Source: Candidatus Dormiibacterota bacterium (lineage in GTDB: Bacteria; Chloroflexota; Dormibacteria; DASZGP01). From it: a stretch of DNA of 64,000 nucleotides. The stretch covers positions 3,625-67,624 of the forward strand of contig DAINSI010000002.1 in assembly GCA_036741395.1 (NCBI GenBank), read 5' to 3'. Both the position numbers and the translations under genes were made by a program. A model generated the notes under the pieces. That model did not search any database. It was not told the origin of the DNA and was given only the letters and a program-made list of their open reading frames with translations. Shown here piece by piece: positions 9,573 through 17,147 of this stretch (the stretch's first letter is position 1; each line of letters opens with the position of its first letter).

Positions 9573-9809
9573 ATGAAAACGGCAATATCGTTGCCGGATG
9601 ACATCTTCGAGCAGGCCGAGCGGCTGGCGGACCGGCTCCGGGTGTCGCGCAGCGCCCTCTACCGTGACGCGATCTCCCAGTACCTCCTGCGCCACGAGCC
9701 GAATGAGCTGACTTCCGCGATGGACCGCGCTGTCGAGGCCGCCCGCGAGGGCCCCGATCCGCTCGTCACTGAGACCGCCCGGCGGGTTCTCCAGAACGTT
9801 GATTGGTGA
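9573..9809 (+). CDS. Ribbon-helix-helix (CopG/MazE-like) antitoxin
   Basis: MKTAISLPDDIFEQAERLADRLRVSRSALYRDAISQYL is an RHH fold signature. Overlaps the downstream MazF gene. Start chosen at the ATG inside the ORF, downstream of the promoter-like elements; the track ORF begins at GTG 9534. Confidence 0.7.
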   Translation: MKTAISLPDDIFEQAERLADRLRVSRSALYRDAISQYLLRHEPNELTSAMDRAVEAAREGPDPLVTETARRVLQNVDW

Positions 9810-10147
9810 TCGCCCAGGGGGACATCTACTGGGCTGAGCTGCCGGAGCCGTCAGGCTCCGCGCCGGGGTTCCGGCGGCCGGTGGTGGTCGTTCAGAACGA
9901 CGTCATCAACCGGAGCCGCATCTCGACCACCGTCTGCGTCCCGCTGACCAGCAACCAGGCCTGGGCAGACGCTCCCGGCAACGTCGCGCTGACCGCGCGC
10001 ATGACCGGGTTGCCCAGGGACTCCGTCGCCAATGTCTCGCTGATATTCGCGGTCGATCGAGGGTTCCTGGGTGAGCGCGCCGGCCGGCTCCGCCCCACGG
10101 AACTGAGCCGCATCCTGGACGGCATCGACCTCATCCTCCGCGGCTGA
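9803..10147 (+). CDS. mazF: Type II toxin MazF/PemK family endoribonuclease
   Basis: GDIYWAELPEPSGSAPGFRRPVVVVQNDVINRS matches the PemK/MazF signature GDI..V.....G.E..K.RP.lVls. Confidence 0.85.
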   Translation: MVIAQGDIYWAELPEPSGSAPGFRRPVVVVQNDVINRSRISTTVCVPLTSNQAWADAPGNVALTARMTGLPRDSVANVSLIFAVDRGFLGERAGRLRPTELSRILDGIDLILRG

Positions 10148-10232
10148 GCCCGCGCTAGGCCGGCGGTCGCCCGAAGGTGAGCCCGTGCCGCTCGCACAGC
10201 ACGAGGGTCGAGGCTTCGTTGGGCCGAGTTTG

Positions 10233-10261
10233 TTGGCACGGGTCTCAATACGTGCCATACT
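10233..10261 (+). promoter_or_regulatory. Sigma-70-like promoter TTGGCA-N17-CATACT with embedded palindrome GGCACG-N10-CGTGCC; ATG of the vapB-like gene 9 nt downstream (near-leaderless).
   Basis: Hexamers and spacing read directly from sequence. The palindrome spanning the spacer is a plausible AbrB-type antitoxin autoregulation site. Confidence 0.35.
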
Positions 10262-10270
10262 CCGAACAAC

Positions 10271-10531
10271 ATGGCAGAACGCTTCGACGTGCAGCTGGGG
10301 CCACAAGGACGGATCGTGATCCCGGCTCGACTACGCCGGGCTCTCGGGCTCAAGCCGGGTGACCGCATGGTGGCCGGCCTGGAGGATCAGCGTGTCGTTT
10401 TGGAGCGGCGCGAAGCCGTCCTGGCGAGGCTCCAAGCCTCGTTCGCCGACGCCGTCCCAGCAGGCGTGAGCCTGGTTGACGAGCTCATCGAGGAGCGTCG
10501 TGCGGAGGCTGCCAGGGAGACCACCAGCTGA
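10271..10531 (+). CDS. vapB: AbrB/SpoVT (MazE/VapB-type) antitoxin
   Basis: GPQGRIVIPARLRRALGLKPGDRM is the swapped-hairpin AbrB/SpoVT motif. Confidence 0.75.
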   Translation: MAERFDVQLGPQGRIVIPARLRRALGLKPGDRMVAGLEDQRVVLERREAVLARLQASFADAVPAGVSLVDELIEERRAEAARETTS

Positions 10532-10545
10532 CCGCCGGCCGCGTC

Positions 10546-10923
10546 GTGCTGGATGCGTCGGCCCTCCTCGCTCTCCTCAACCGCGAAGCTGGAGCGGCGC
10601 AGGTTGCAGGCAAGCTTGATGTCGCCTGGATCTCCACCGTGAACTGGGCTGAGGTCGTTCAGAAGGCGATCGAGCGTGGAGTTGCGCGAGGTCCGGCCGA
10701 GATGCGGGAGGACCTCATGGCGATGGGCCTCGAGCTGCGAGAGTTCACCGCGGCCCAGGCCGAGGTCGCCGCGGGCATGTGGCCGTCCACCCGCTCTATC
10801 GGGCTCTCCCTGGCGGACCGAGCATGCCTTGCGCTCGCATTGCAGAGCAAGGCGGCGGTGCTCACCGCCGACCGCGCTTGGGCCGGGCTCGTCCTCGGTC
10901 TCGACATCCAGGTCATCCGCTAG
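10546..10923 (+). CDS. vapC: Type II toxin VapC (PIN domain), GTG start
   Basis: MLDASALLALL N-terminus and conserved acidic residues (TADRAW). 14 nt after the antitoxin stop. Confidence 0.75.
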   Translation: MLDASALLALLNREAGAAQVAGKLDVAWISTVNWAEVVQKAIERGVARGPAEMREDLMAMGLELREFTAAQAEVAAGMWPSTRSIGLSLADRACLALALQSKAAVLTADRAWAGLVLGLDIQVIR

Positions 10924-10942
10924 ACAGGGGATGTCGCCCGCG

Positions 10943-11263
10943 TCAGGTCCCGGGCGCTCGGTAGGCCACCTCAGTTCGCACGGCTTCATCGATCTCGGCC
11001 GCGGTCATCAGCGCGACCGTCTCCACGCTGGCCCCGCCTGCCGCGCCGACGATCGTCGCAGCCCCCGCGACCGCGGCGTTGCTGGGCGCCTCGATGACCG
11101 CGAACGCGTCGTACTCCCCAAAGGCGAAGTCGAAGGTCTCGAGCTTCCCCCCGACGCCTTCGATCAGCTTACGGGCCACCTCGGCGCGGGCGGTTCCGCC
11201 CTCCTTGCGCACGCCGTTGAGGCCCTGGACGCTGTACTTGATCTTGAGCAGGTACCTGGGCAT
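10943..11263 (-). CDS. GYD domain-containing protein
   Basis: MPRYLLKIKYSVQGLNGVRKEGGTARAEVARKLIEGVGGKLETFDFAFGEYDAFAVIEAPSN matches the GYD family. ATG at 11263 with GGAGGG ribosome-binding site. The track ORF is longer, but its extension is low-complexity. Confidence 0.7.
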   Translation of the reverse strand: MPRYLLKIKYSVQGLNGVRKEGGTARAEVARKLIEGVGGKLETFDFAFGEYDAFAVIEAPSNAAVAGAATIVGAAGGASVETVALMTAAEIDEAVRTEVAYRAPGT

Positions 11264-11381
11264 GTGGACACCCTCCTCTTCACCCGCACCGGGCAACTCC
11301 CGGCCGGAAGCCACAGTGTAGGCCAGCCCGGTCGAGGGCGCCGGCCTGGTCGTGAGGGCGTCGACCTGACTGGCTAGCGCT

Positions 11382-11738
11382 TCAGGCTCTGGCGGCGGCG
11401 AGGCGCTCGGCGCGAACCGCACGCGCTTTGGCGAGCGCGGCCCGTCGCTTCTCGAGCAGGATCGGGTCGGTTATCTTGCGGCGAATCCTGGGCGTGGCGT
11501 CGCTCTTCGGCGGGCGGCCTCGGCGGCGGGGCGCCTCCCCGCTGGAGGCCGCGGTCGCCGGGGACTTCAGGGAACGGCTGATCTCGTCGAGCAGCTGCCG
11601 CAGCCGCCGGTTCTCCGACTCCAGCTCGGCGTTGCGCTCGACCAGCCCGCGCACGCCGTTGAGCAGACCGCGGTCCGCATCCGTCACGCCGGCGCGCGGC
11701 TTCCGCGTGCGGCTTCCAACTGGTCTACCACGAGGCAT
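11382..11738 (-). CDS. Hypothetical small basic protein with two AT-hook-like motifs (PRGRPVGS, RRGRPPKS) and a central coiled-coil
   Basis: ORF with high GC3. GRP cores flanked by basic residues. Heptad-like ERNAELESENRRLRQLLDEI. No family recognised. Confidence 0.35.
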   Translation of the reverse strand: MPRGRPVGSRTRKPRAGVTDADRGLLNGVRGLVERNAELESENRRLRQLLDEISRSLKSPATAASSGEAPRRRGRPPKSDATPRIRRKITDPILLEKRRAALAKARAVRAERLAAARA

Positions 11739-11760
11739 GTGTGAATCTTACGGCGCGCCT

Positions 11761-12444
11761 CTAGTCCGCCCGCTCCGCCAGGCGCGACCCCCATTCCTCG
11801 CTGCGGCGAAAGCCGCGGACCGAGTACCAGGTGGTGAAGATCATCAGCGACACGACCAGGGGCACATCGCTGAGCACATTGATGAGCACGATCGAGTCGA
11901 TCTTGCCCGTGCGCAGCACCGCCAGGCGCAGCGCGGCGCGGAGCAGGAAGTAGACGCCCCAGGTGAGCGAGAGCCGGCCGAACACCCGCTGGAACGTCGC
12001 GGACTGGACCACCTCGGCCGGGAAGGGGAAGGCATCCCTGGCCGTCGCGCCGATGATCGGGCGGCCCAGCGGCACGGACCCGATGAAGACCAGGCCGAGC
12101 ACGGTGTCGATCAGCACGGGTTGCGCGAAATACAGGATCGGGTTGCGCGACAGGATGCCGACCGCGGCCTGCACCACTACGAAGCCCAGCGACAGTCGCG
12201 CCAGGATTCCCGCGCGCCCCTGCCGGCGCTCCCAGGTGAACGCCGCGATGGCCACCGCGGCGGCGAGGATCACCGCCGGCAGCAGCGCGCCGTGGGTCAG
12301 TTTGTAGACGGCGTAGAAGACCGTGATCGGCCCCAGCGAATCCCGCAGCAGGCGCGGGCCGCTTTCCCTGAGGATGGCGCCGACCGAGACCGCGGGGAGA
12401 CCGGCGACGATATCCGCCTCCTCGATCCCCACACCTGCGCTCAT
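11761..12444 (-). CDS. Integral membrane protein of unknown function (about 6 predicted TM helices)
   Basis: Hydrophobic segments throughout. Start placed at MSAGVGIEE (ATG 12444); an upstream in-frame extension to 12588 is possible. Confidence 0.55.
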   Translation of the reverse strand: MSAGVGIEEADIVAGLPAVSVGAILRESGPRLLRDSLGPITVFYAVYKLTHGALLPAVILAAAVAIAAFTWERRQGRAGILARLSLGFVVVQAAVGILSRNPILYFAQPVLIDTVLGLVFIGSVPLGRPIIGATARDAFPFPAEVVQSATFQRVFGRLSLTWGVYFLLRAALRLAVLRTGKIDSIVLINVLSDVPLVVSLMIFTTWYSVRGFRRSEEWGSRLAERAD

Positions 12445-12569
12445 GGCGAGCTCAGCCGGTACGCGCGCCTCTGTCTCACCCGCCAAGACTAAGCACCGTC
12501 GCCGCCCCACCAGGGACCCTGGTCTTAGCCCGCTGGCGAGCCGTTCAGCAGAGAATTGCGCCAGGAGGT

Positions 12570-12908
12570 ATGAACGTGTCGTCATCACAGACCATTGCCA
12601 TCATCCTGAGATTCGATTCCGACCGCGCGCCGGAATTCGAGAAGATGTTCGCGGACGAGGTGCTGCCCCTGTGGCACCAGTTCAAGGCAGCCGGTAAGTT
12701 CATCGGCGCCAGCCTGACCCCGGTCCTGGGGGGCGGCCAGGAGGAGCCGGGGATCACGACCTACATCCTCCATGTGCAGGTGCCGTCGGCGGACGAACAC
12801 CACGAGTTCGACAACAACGCGACGTTCGTGGAGTTCCTGGCCAGGGCCATGCCGCTGCAACCCCAGGAGCCGCTGGTGTGGTTCGGCAATACCCTCCACG
12901 AGGTGTAG
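12570..12908 (+). CDS. Hypothetical protein, possibly ABM/Dabb-like small alpha+beta barrel
   Basis: 112-aa ORF with coding-like codon usage. Weak resemblance to the stress-responsive dimeric alpha/beta barrel. Low certainty. Confidence 0.35.
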   Translation: MNVSSSQTIAIILRFDSDRAPEFEKMFADEVLPLWHQFKAAGKFIGASLTPVLGGGQEEPGITTYILHVQVPSADEHHEFDNNATFVEFLARAMPLQPQEPLVWFGNTLHEV

Positions 12909-12918
12909 CCGCCCCGGC

Positions 12919-13023
12919 TAGGAGAGCGGGGACGCGGCGCCGGTACTCCTCGTACTCGGCCCCAATCGCGTTGGTCAGGTTGCGCTCCTCGAAGTGCATC
13001 CCGACGGTGATATATCGCTCCAT
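12919..13023 (-). pseudogene. Remnant of the C-terminus of an isoprenylcysteine carboxyl methyltransferase (ICMT/PEMT) family gene
   Basis: HFEERNLTNAIGAEYEEYRRRVP reproduces the invariant C-terminal ICMT motif (EE..L...FG..Y..Y...VP). It sits at the N-terminus of a short ORF with no upstream membrane domain and no proper stop. Interpreted as a gene fragment. Confidence 0.3.
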
Positions 13024-13065
13024 TCCTTGAGCCTAGCCGCTGGCGGGGCGGTACGCTTTCCTCCC

Positions 13066-13707
13066 ATGAGCGACTGCTGCACCCCGCGCGGATACAGCCA
13101 GCTCTTCAGCGAGAAGAGCGCGCGCGCGGCGGCCCGGCGGTATCGCAAGAAGGGGCTGGACGGCACCTCCCAACGCATTGTTGATCTGCTCATCGCGCAG
13201 GGCGCGGAGGGCAAATCGATCCTCGAGATCGGCGGGGGCGTCGGCGCCATCCAGATCGAGTTGCTGCGCGCCGGCGCCCGCCGCGCGACGAGCATTGAGC
13301 TGACGCCCACGTATGAGAACGCGGCTGCGAAGCTCCTTGCCGAGTTGGGGTTGGCTGACCGGGTCGACCGCCGGGTCGTCGATTTCGTCGAGGCCGGCAG
13401 CGAGGTCGAGGCGGCGGACATCGTTGTCCTCAATCGAGTTGTCTGCTGCTACCCCGACATGCCCCGCCTGGTGGGCGCCGCGGCGGTCCACGCGCAGGGC
13501 GTGTTGGTCCTCAGTTTCCCGAAACGGCGATGGTGGACGCGCGCGCTGTTGTCCGTGGGCAACTTCGCCTTCAGCCTCACACGGCGCGAATTCCATGTCT
13601 TCATCCACCGGCCGTCCCTGATCCGTCAGCAAGCCGAGGCGCAGGGGCTGAAGGTGCAGAGCGACCGCCCCGGATTGTTCTGGGAGATCCTCACCGCGGC
13701 GGCCTGA
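13066..13707 (+). CDS. Class I SAM-dependent methyltransferase
   Basis: Motif I ILEIGGGVGAIQIELL and downstream acidic post-I loop. Start placed at MSDCC; the track ORF starts further upstream. Confidence 0.75.
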   Translation: MSDCCTPRGYSQLFSEKSARAAARRYRKKGLDGTSQRIVDLLIAQGAEGKSILEIGGGVGAIQIELLRAGARRATSIELTPTYENAAAKLLAELGLADRVDRRVVDFVEAGSEVEAADIVVLNRVVCCYPDMPRLVGAAAVHAQGVLVLSFPKRRWWTRALLSVGNFAFSLTRREFHVFIHRPSLIRQQAEAQGLKVQSDRPGLFWEILTAAA

Positions 13708-13710
13708 TCG

Positions 13711-14454
13711 TCAGCCGTCGGGCAGGCGCCGCGCCGCGCGCTCCAGGGCGCCGGTCGCGGCGTCCGCCAGGAACTCGCGCAACTCTCTTTCGGTGACCGG
13801 CACCAGGATCATCGCGACCAGGTCATCGGGAAGAATCAGCGGCAGGGCTGACAGCTCCCGGAGGCCGCCAATCCACGCCGGCGGGTACTCACGGATCCCG
13901 TCGTCCTTCTCGAAGAGCAACGCCTCGACGGCTTCCATGCTGTAACCCAGCCGGGTGACGATGATCCAGAGATCGAAGGCATCCCTGGGCTCGCAGCGGT
14001 CGGCAATGGCGTGCGCCTTTCCTGCCACCAGGTCGGCCAGGTCCAGCACGCCCGTGCCATTCACACGGTGGACCGGGCCCAGCGCGGGAGGATCCGCGAC
14101 GCCGAGGTCGATCCGCACCGCGGCGCCGTCCGGGGTGCTCGCGGTCATCGCCTGGAAGCCTTCGAAATCGCGATGAATCTCGATGGTCAGCCCACCGATG
14201 GCGCCCGGCAACGCCGCCCGCAGGGCCTGGCCAAAGGGCTTCACCAGCTCCGGGGAGTAGGTGAACAGATCGAGGTCGTCACTGAGTCGGGCGCCGGCAT
14301 AGAACTCGTGCAACCCGGTCCCACCGGCAAGCCCGAACTCGGAGGCGATGCCCCCGGGCTGGAACGCCGCGCCGAGCACCTGGGCCTGCAGCTCGGTGAG
14401 GATGCCGCGGCTAGCCGGGAGCACGGCCCGCGCCGACCAGGTCGCGCCAGACAT
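13711..14454 (-). CDS. abiEii: Nucleotidyltransferase AbiEii/AbiGii toxin family protein (type IV TA / abortive infection)
   Basis: GGTGLHEFY...RLSDDLDLF matches the GGT..xxx.....R.S.DiD nucleotidyltransferase core of DUF1814/AbiEii. Adjacent AbiEi-like gene. Confidence 0.7.
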   Translation of the reverse strand: MSGATWSARAVLPASRGILTELQAQVLGAAFQPGGIASEFGLAGGTGLHEFYAGARLSDDLDLFTYSPELVKPFGQALRAALPGAIGGLTIEIHRDFEGFQAMTASTPDGAAVRIDLGVADPPALGPVHRVNGTGVLDLADLVAGKAHAIADRCEPRDAFDLWIIVTRLGYSMEAVEALLFEKDDGIREYPPAWIGGLRELSALPLILPDDLVAMILVPVTERELREFLADAATGALERAARRLPDG

Positions 14455-14935
14455 CCTTGTGCTTCACGCGGAGATGAGGCAGCTCCCGCCTGACCTGTCC
14501 CGGGGACACCAGGCGCCAGGTGTCGGCCCAGCGGGCGTGGTCCAGCAGCCGAGCAACCGCCCACCCTGACTGGGCCCGGTCAGGGCCGTTGATCACCTCG
14601 CGGAACTCCCGCCACGAGAGGTCGCGATCCCACAGGAAGTAAGGCCTCAGGTCCCACTCCGCTGGCGTCGCCGGGAAGTGCGTGGTCATCGGCCGTCGGA
14701 CGTCTCCCGGCAGGGCCGCTGCAGCCACCCGAAAGACGCGGCTTCGCCCGATCCAACGGGATGTCAGCAGGCCCTCAGTCTCCAGGTCGCGCAGCACCAC
14801 GCTGATGGCGGCGGGAGACGCCTGCAGCCGGCGCGCCGCCTCGCGGACATGGACTTCGAGGCCAGGCTGCTGGGCCATCAGCTCGGTCATCCGAGGCCTC
14901 AACCTGCTGGTTCGCACCTGGTTATTTTCGCACAT
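14411..14935 (-). CDS. abiEi: AbiEi-family antitoxin/transcriptional regulator (winged HTH)
   Basis: LEVHVREAARRLQASPAAISVVLRDLETEGLL winged-helix motif. Position immediately upstream of AbiEii with a 44-nt overlap (typical AbiE operon). Confidence 0.6.
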   Translation of the reverse strand: MCENNQVRTSRLRPRMTELMAQQPGLEVHVREAARRLQASPAAISVVLRDLETEGLLTSRWIGRSRVFRVAAAALPGDVRRPMTTHFPATPAEWDLRPYFLWDRDLSWREFREVINGPDRAQSGWAVARLLDHARWADTWRLVSPGQVRRELPHLRVKHKDVWRDLVGAGRAPG

Positions 14936-15027
14936 ATGTACGGCTATGGCCCATCGTGGCAGTGCGCCGCCCCGCAGGCCGTACCGAACCTTGACTTAGT
15001 CCACGGACTTAGTCCACCATCAAAGCC

Positions 15028-15261
15028 GTGAACATCCATGAGGCGAAGACGAACTTTTCCCGCCTCATCGTGGAGGTCCAGGCGGGCAAGGAGGTCGTCA
15101 TCACCCGCGCTGGCCAACCGGTCGCCAAGCTCGTCCCTTACGACGGGCAGGGTGAAAACCGGCGCACACCAGGGGGTTGGGAGGGCCGCGTTCGAATCGC
15201 TGCGGACTTCGACGACCTGCCCGCCGACGTGCTTGAGGCGTTCGAGGGGCCGGCGCACTGA
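15028..15261 (+). CDS. Type II antitoxin, Phd/YefM family
   Basis: MNIHEAKTNFSRLIVEVQAGKEVVITRAGQPVAKLVPY is the canonical Phd/YefM N-terminus. Confidence 0.75.
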   Translation: MNIHEAKTNFSRLIVEVQAGKEVVITRAGQPVAKLVPYDGQGENRRTPGGWEGRVRIAADFDDLPADVLEAFEGPAH

Positions 15262-15638
15262 GGCTGCTGTTCGACACCCACGCCCTGCTCTGGTGGCTGA
15301 CAGACGATCCTCACCTCGGACCGCTTGCCCGCGAGGGCGTTGCGACCGCGGAGACGGCATTCGTCAGCACCGCGAGCGCCTGGGAGATGTCTATCAAGGG
15401 TGCGCTGGGAAAGCTGGAAGCGCCGGGCGACCTGCCGCGCCAGCTGCAGCGTCATCGATTCACGGTTCTGCCCATCCACCTCGAGCATGCGATGAGGGTG
15501 GCGACGCTGCCTCCGCTTCATCGCGATCCGTTCGATCGCATGCTCGTTGCCCAGGCCCAGGTCGAGGACCTCCTGCTTCTCTCGCGTGACGCGGACATCG
15601 CTCGTTATGACGTGCACGTCATCGACGCGACCACCTAG
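15258..15638 (+). CDS. vapC: VapC-like PIN-domain toxin; no canonical start codon upstream of the first catalytic Asp (only CTG)
   Basis: LRLLFDTHALLWWL...LLLSRDADIARYD is a PIN domain. In-frame stop at 15234-15236 and no ATG/GTG/TTG before LFDT. Either a CTG start or a decaying gene. Confidence 0.6.
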   Translation: MRLLFDTHALLWWLTDDPHLGPLAREGVATAETAFVSTASAWEMSIKGALGKLEAPGDLPRQLQRHRFTVLPIHLEHAMRVATLPPLHRDPFDRMLVAQAQVEDLLLLSRDADIARYDVHVIDATT

Positions 15639-15662
15639 GCCAAAGCTCAGCGAGTCTGGGAC

Positions 15663-15680
15663 GGGGGTGCCAGCACCCCC
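15663..15680 (+). terminator. GC-rich hairpin GGGGGTG-CCAG-CACCCCC downstream of the Phd-VapC pair; candidate intrinsic terminator (no U-tract)
   Basis: Perfect 7-bp stem with 4-nt loop seen in sequence. Lacks a T-tail, as is often the case in high-GC actinobacteria. Confidence 0.3.
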
Positions 15681-15737
15681 CGCTTCTACCCGGCCTGCAG
15701 GGTATCGGCGCGGCCGCCAAAGTGGCACATTACCTCC

Positions 15738-17111
15738 GTGGCAAAGCGTGCTCCCGCGACCTGGGCCCTCCTCAGCCTCCTGGTGCCGACCCTGGCAGGC
15801 TGCGGCCTCCCTGGCGCCACCAATGACCACGAGCGCAAGGTCCTGATCGACTACCACTTCGACCAGTACGCGGCCGTCTTCGGCGCCTACTTCCCCAAGC
15901 AGGTGACCGTTCACGCGGGGGACACGGTGGTCTTCAACCAGAGTTGGTCCGGCGAGCCCCACACGGTGACGATGGGGACATCCGTGGACGAGGTCTACAA
16001 CGTGATCTGGAAATACCTCAAGGACGGGCCGCCGTTCCCCGAGAAGCCCCCGGACGACCCGGCGGCGGGCGCCGCGCTGAACAAGCTCAACGCGCTGCCC
16101 CAGGCCAGGTCCCAGTCATCGTCCAGCGCCGCGTTCGGCCAGCAGGGGGCGCAAGCCTGTTACGTCGAGAGTGGCAAGCTACCCGACCAGGCGGACACCC
16201 CCTGTCCCAACCGGACCCTCAAGCCGTTCACCGGTAAGCAGGTCTTCTACAACAGCGGCATCATTCCGTACCAGGGTGACCAGGGCAACACCTATCGCCT
16301 GCCCATCGCCGCCGATGCCGCCCCCGGCACCCACTATTACTTCTGCCTGGTCCACGGGCCGCTGATGTCCGGAGCCATCACCATCGCCCCCGCGAGCCAG
16401 TCGATACCCTCGCAGACAGACGTGAACGCGGAGGCGCAGAAGCAGGTCAGCAAGCTGAGCGATCCCTTTGCCAAGGCGCTCAAGGACGCCCAGGGTCGTG
16501 GCGCGGGAGCGGTCAACCTGGCCGGCGTGGACACCCCGCCCACCATCGACGGCGCGATGACCGAGTTCGTGCCCCGCACCATCAAGGTGCGCACCCACCA
16601 GAAGGTGACCTGGCGCATCACCGGTGATCAGCACACGGTCAGCTTCAACGTGCCCAAGTACCTGCCCGAGATCACCATCGCCAAGGATGGCACGGTGGCC
16701 TACAACGACCAGACCGTCAATCCCGTTGCCGGGCCCGGGTTCCCGGCGCCGCCCAACTCCGGCGGCGGAGCATCGGGTGGCGGCGGTCCGTCCAGTGGAC
16801 CGTCGGGCGCGCCGTCCACGGCGCCCTCTGCTGCAGCCTCCGCCGCGCCCTCAAGTGCTCCGTCCGGAACGCCCTCGGGCGCGCCCTCCGGTGGCGGCTC
16901 CGGTGCGGGGTCCGGCCCGCCTCCCCCATCGCCCCCGGTCCACGTCGACGCGGGTGACTACGATGGCGGCCATTTCCTCTCGTCGGGCCTGGGCGGCCCG
17001 AACGGCCCCGACGACGAGGTGACCTACAGCATCACGTTCACCAAGGCCGGCACCTATAAGTACGCCTGCCTGGTTCATCCCCAGATGGTCGGAGAGGTTG
17101 ACGTCCAGTAG
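15738..17111 (+). CDS. Lipoprotein with two cupredoxin (plastocyanin/azurin-like blue copper) domains joined by a Gly/Ser/Pro/Ala-rich linker
   Basis: Lipobox LAGCG after a signal peptide. Two C-x2-H-x4-M copper-ligand boxes (YYFCLVHGPLMSG and YKYACLVHPQMVGE) each preceded by an HAGDTV-type His strand. Low-complexity linker SGGGASGGGGPSSGPSGAPS... Confidence 0.75.
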   Translation: MAKRAPATWALLSLLVPTLAGCGLPGATNDHERKVLIDYHFDQYAAVFGAYFPKQVTVHAGDTVVFNQSWSGEPHTVTMGTSVDEVYNVIWKYLKDGPPFPEKPPDDPAAGAALNKLNALPQARSQSSSSAAFGQQGAQACYVESGKLPDQADTPCPNRTLKPFTGKQVFYNSGIIPYQGDQGNTYRLPIAADAAPGTHYYFCLVHGPLMSGAITIAPASQSIPSQTDVNAEAQKQVSKLSDPFAKALKDAQGRGAGAVNLAGVDTPPTIDGAMTEFVPRTIKVRTHQKVTWRITGDQHTVSFNVPKYLPEITIAKDGTVAYNDQTVNPVAGPGFPAPPNSGGGASGGGGPSSGPSGAPSTAPSAAASAAPSSAPSGTPSGAPSGGGSGAGSGPPPPSPPVHVDAGDYDGGHFLSSGLGGPNGPDDEVTYSITFTKAGTYKYACLVHPQMVGEVDVQ

Positions 17112-17147
17112 CCTCGGTGCCCGGACCTCCACCCAGGGGATTAATGA

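Noticed and set aside
8175-15638. Integrated mobile element or prophage carrying the TA island
   Set aside because: No integrase, recombinase, transposase, tRNA target or flanking direct repeats could be identified in the sequence. Called an island only on gene content.
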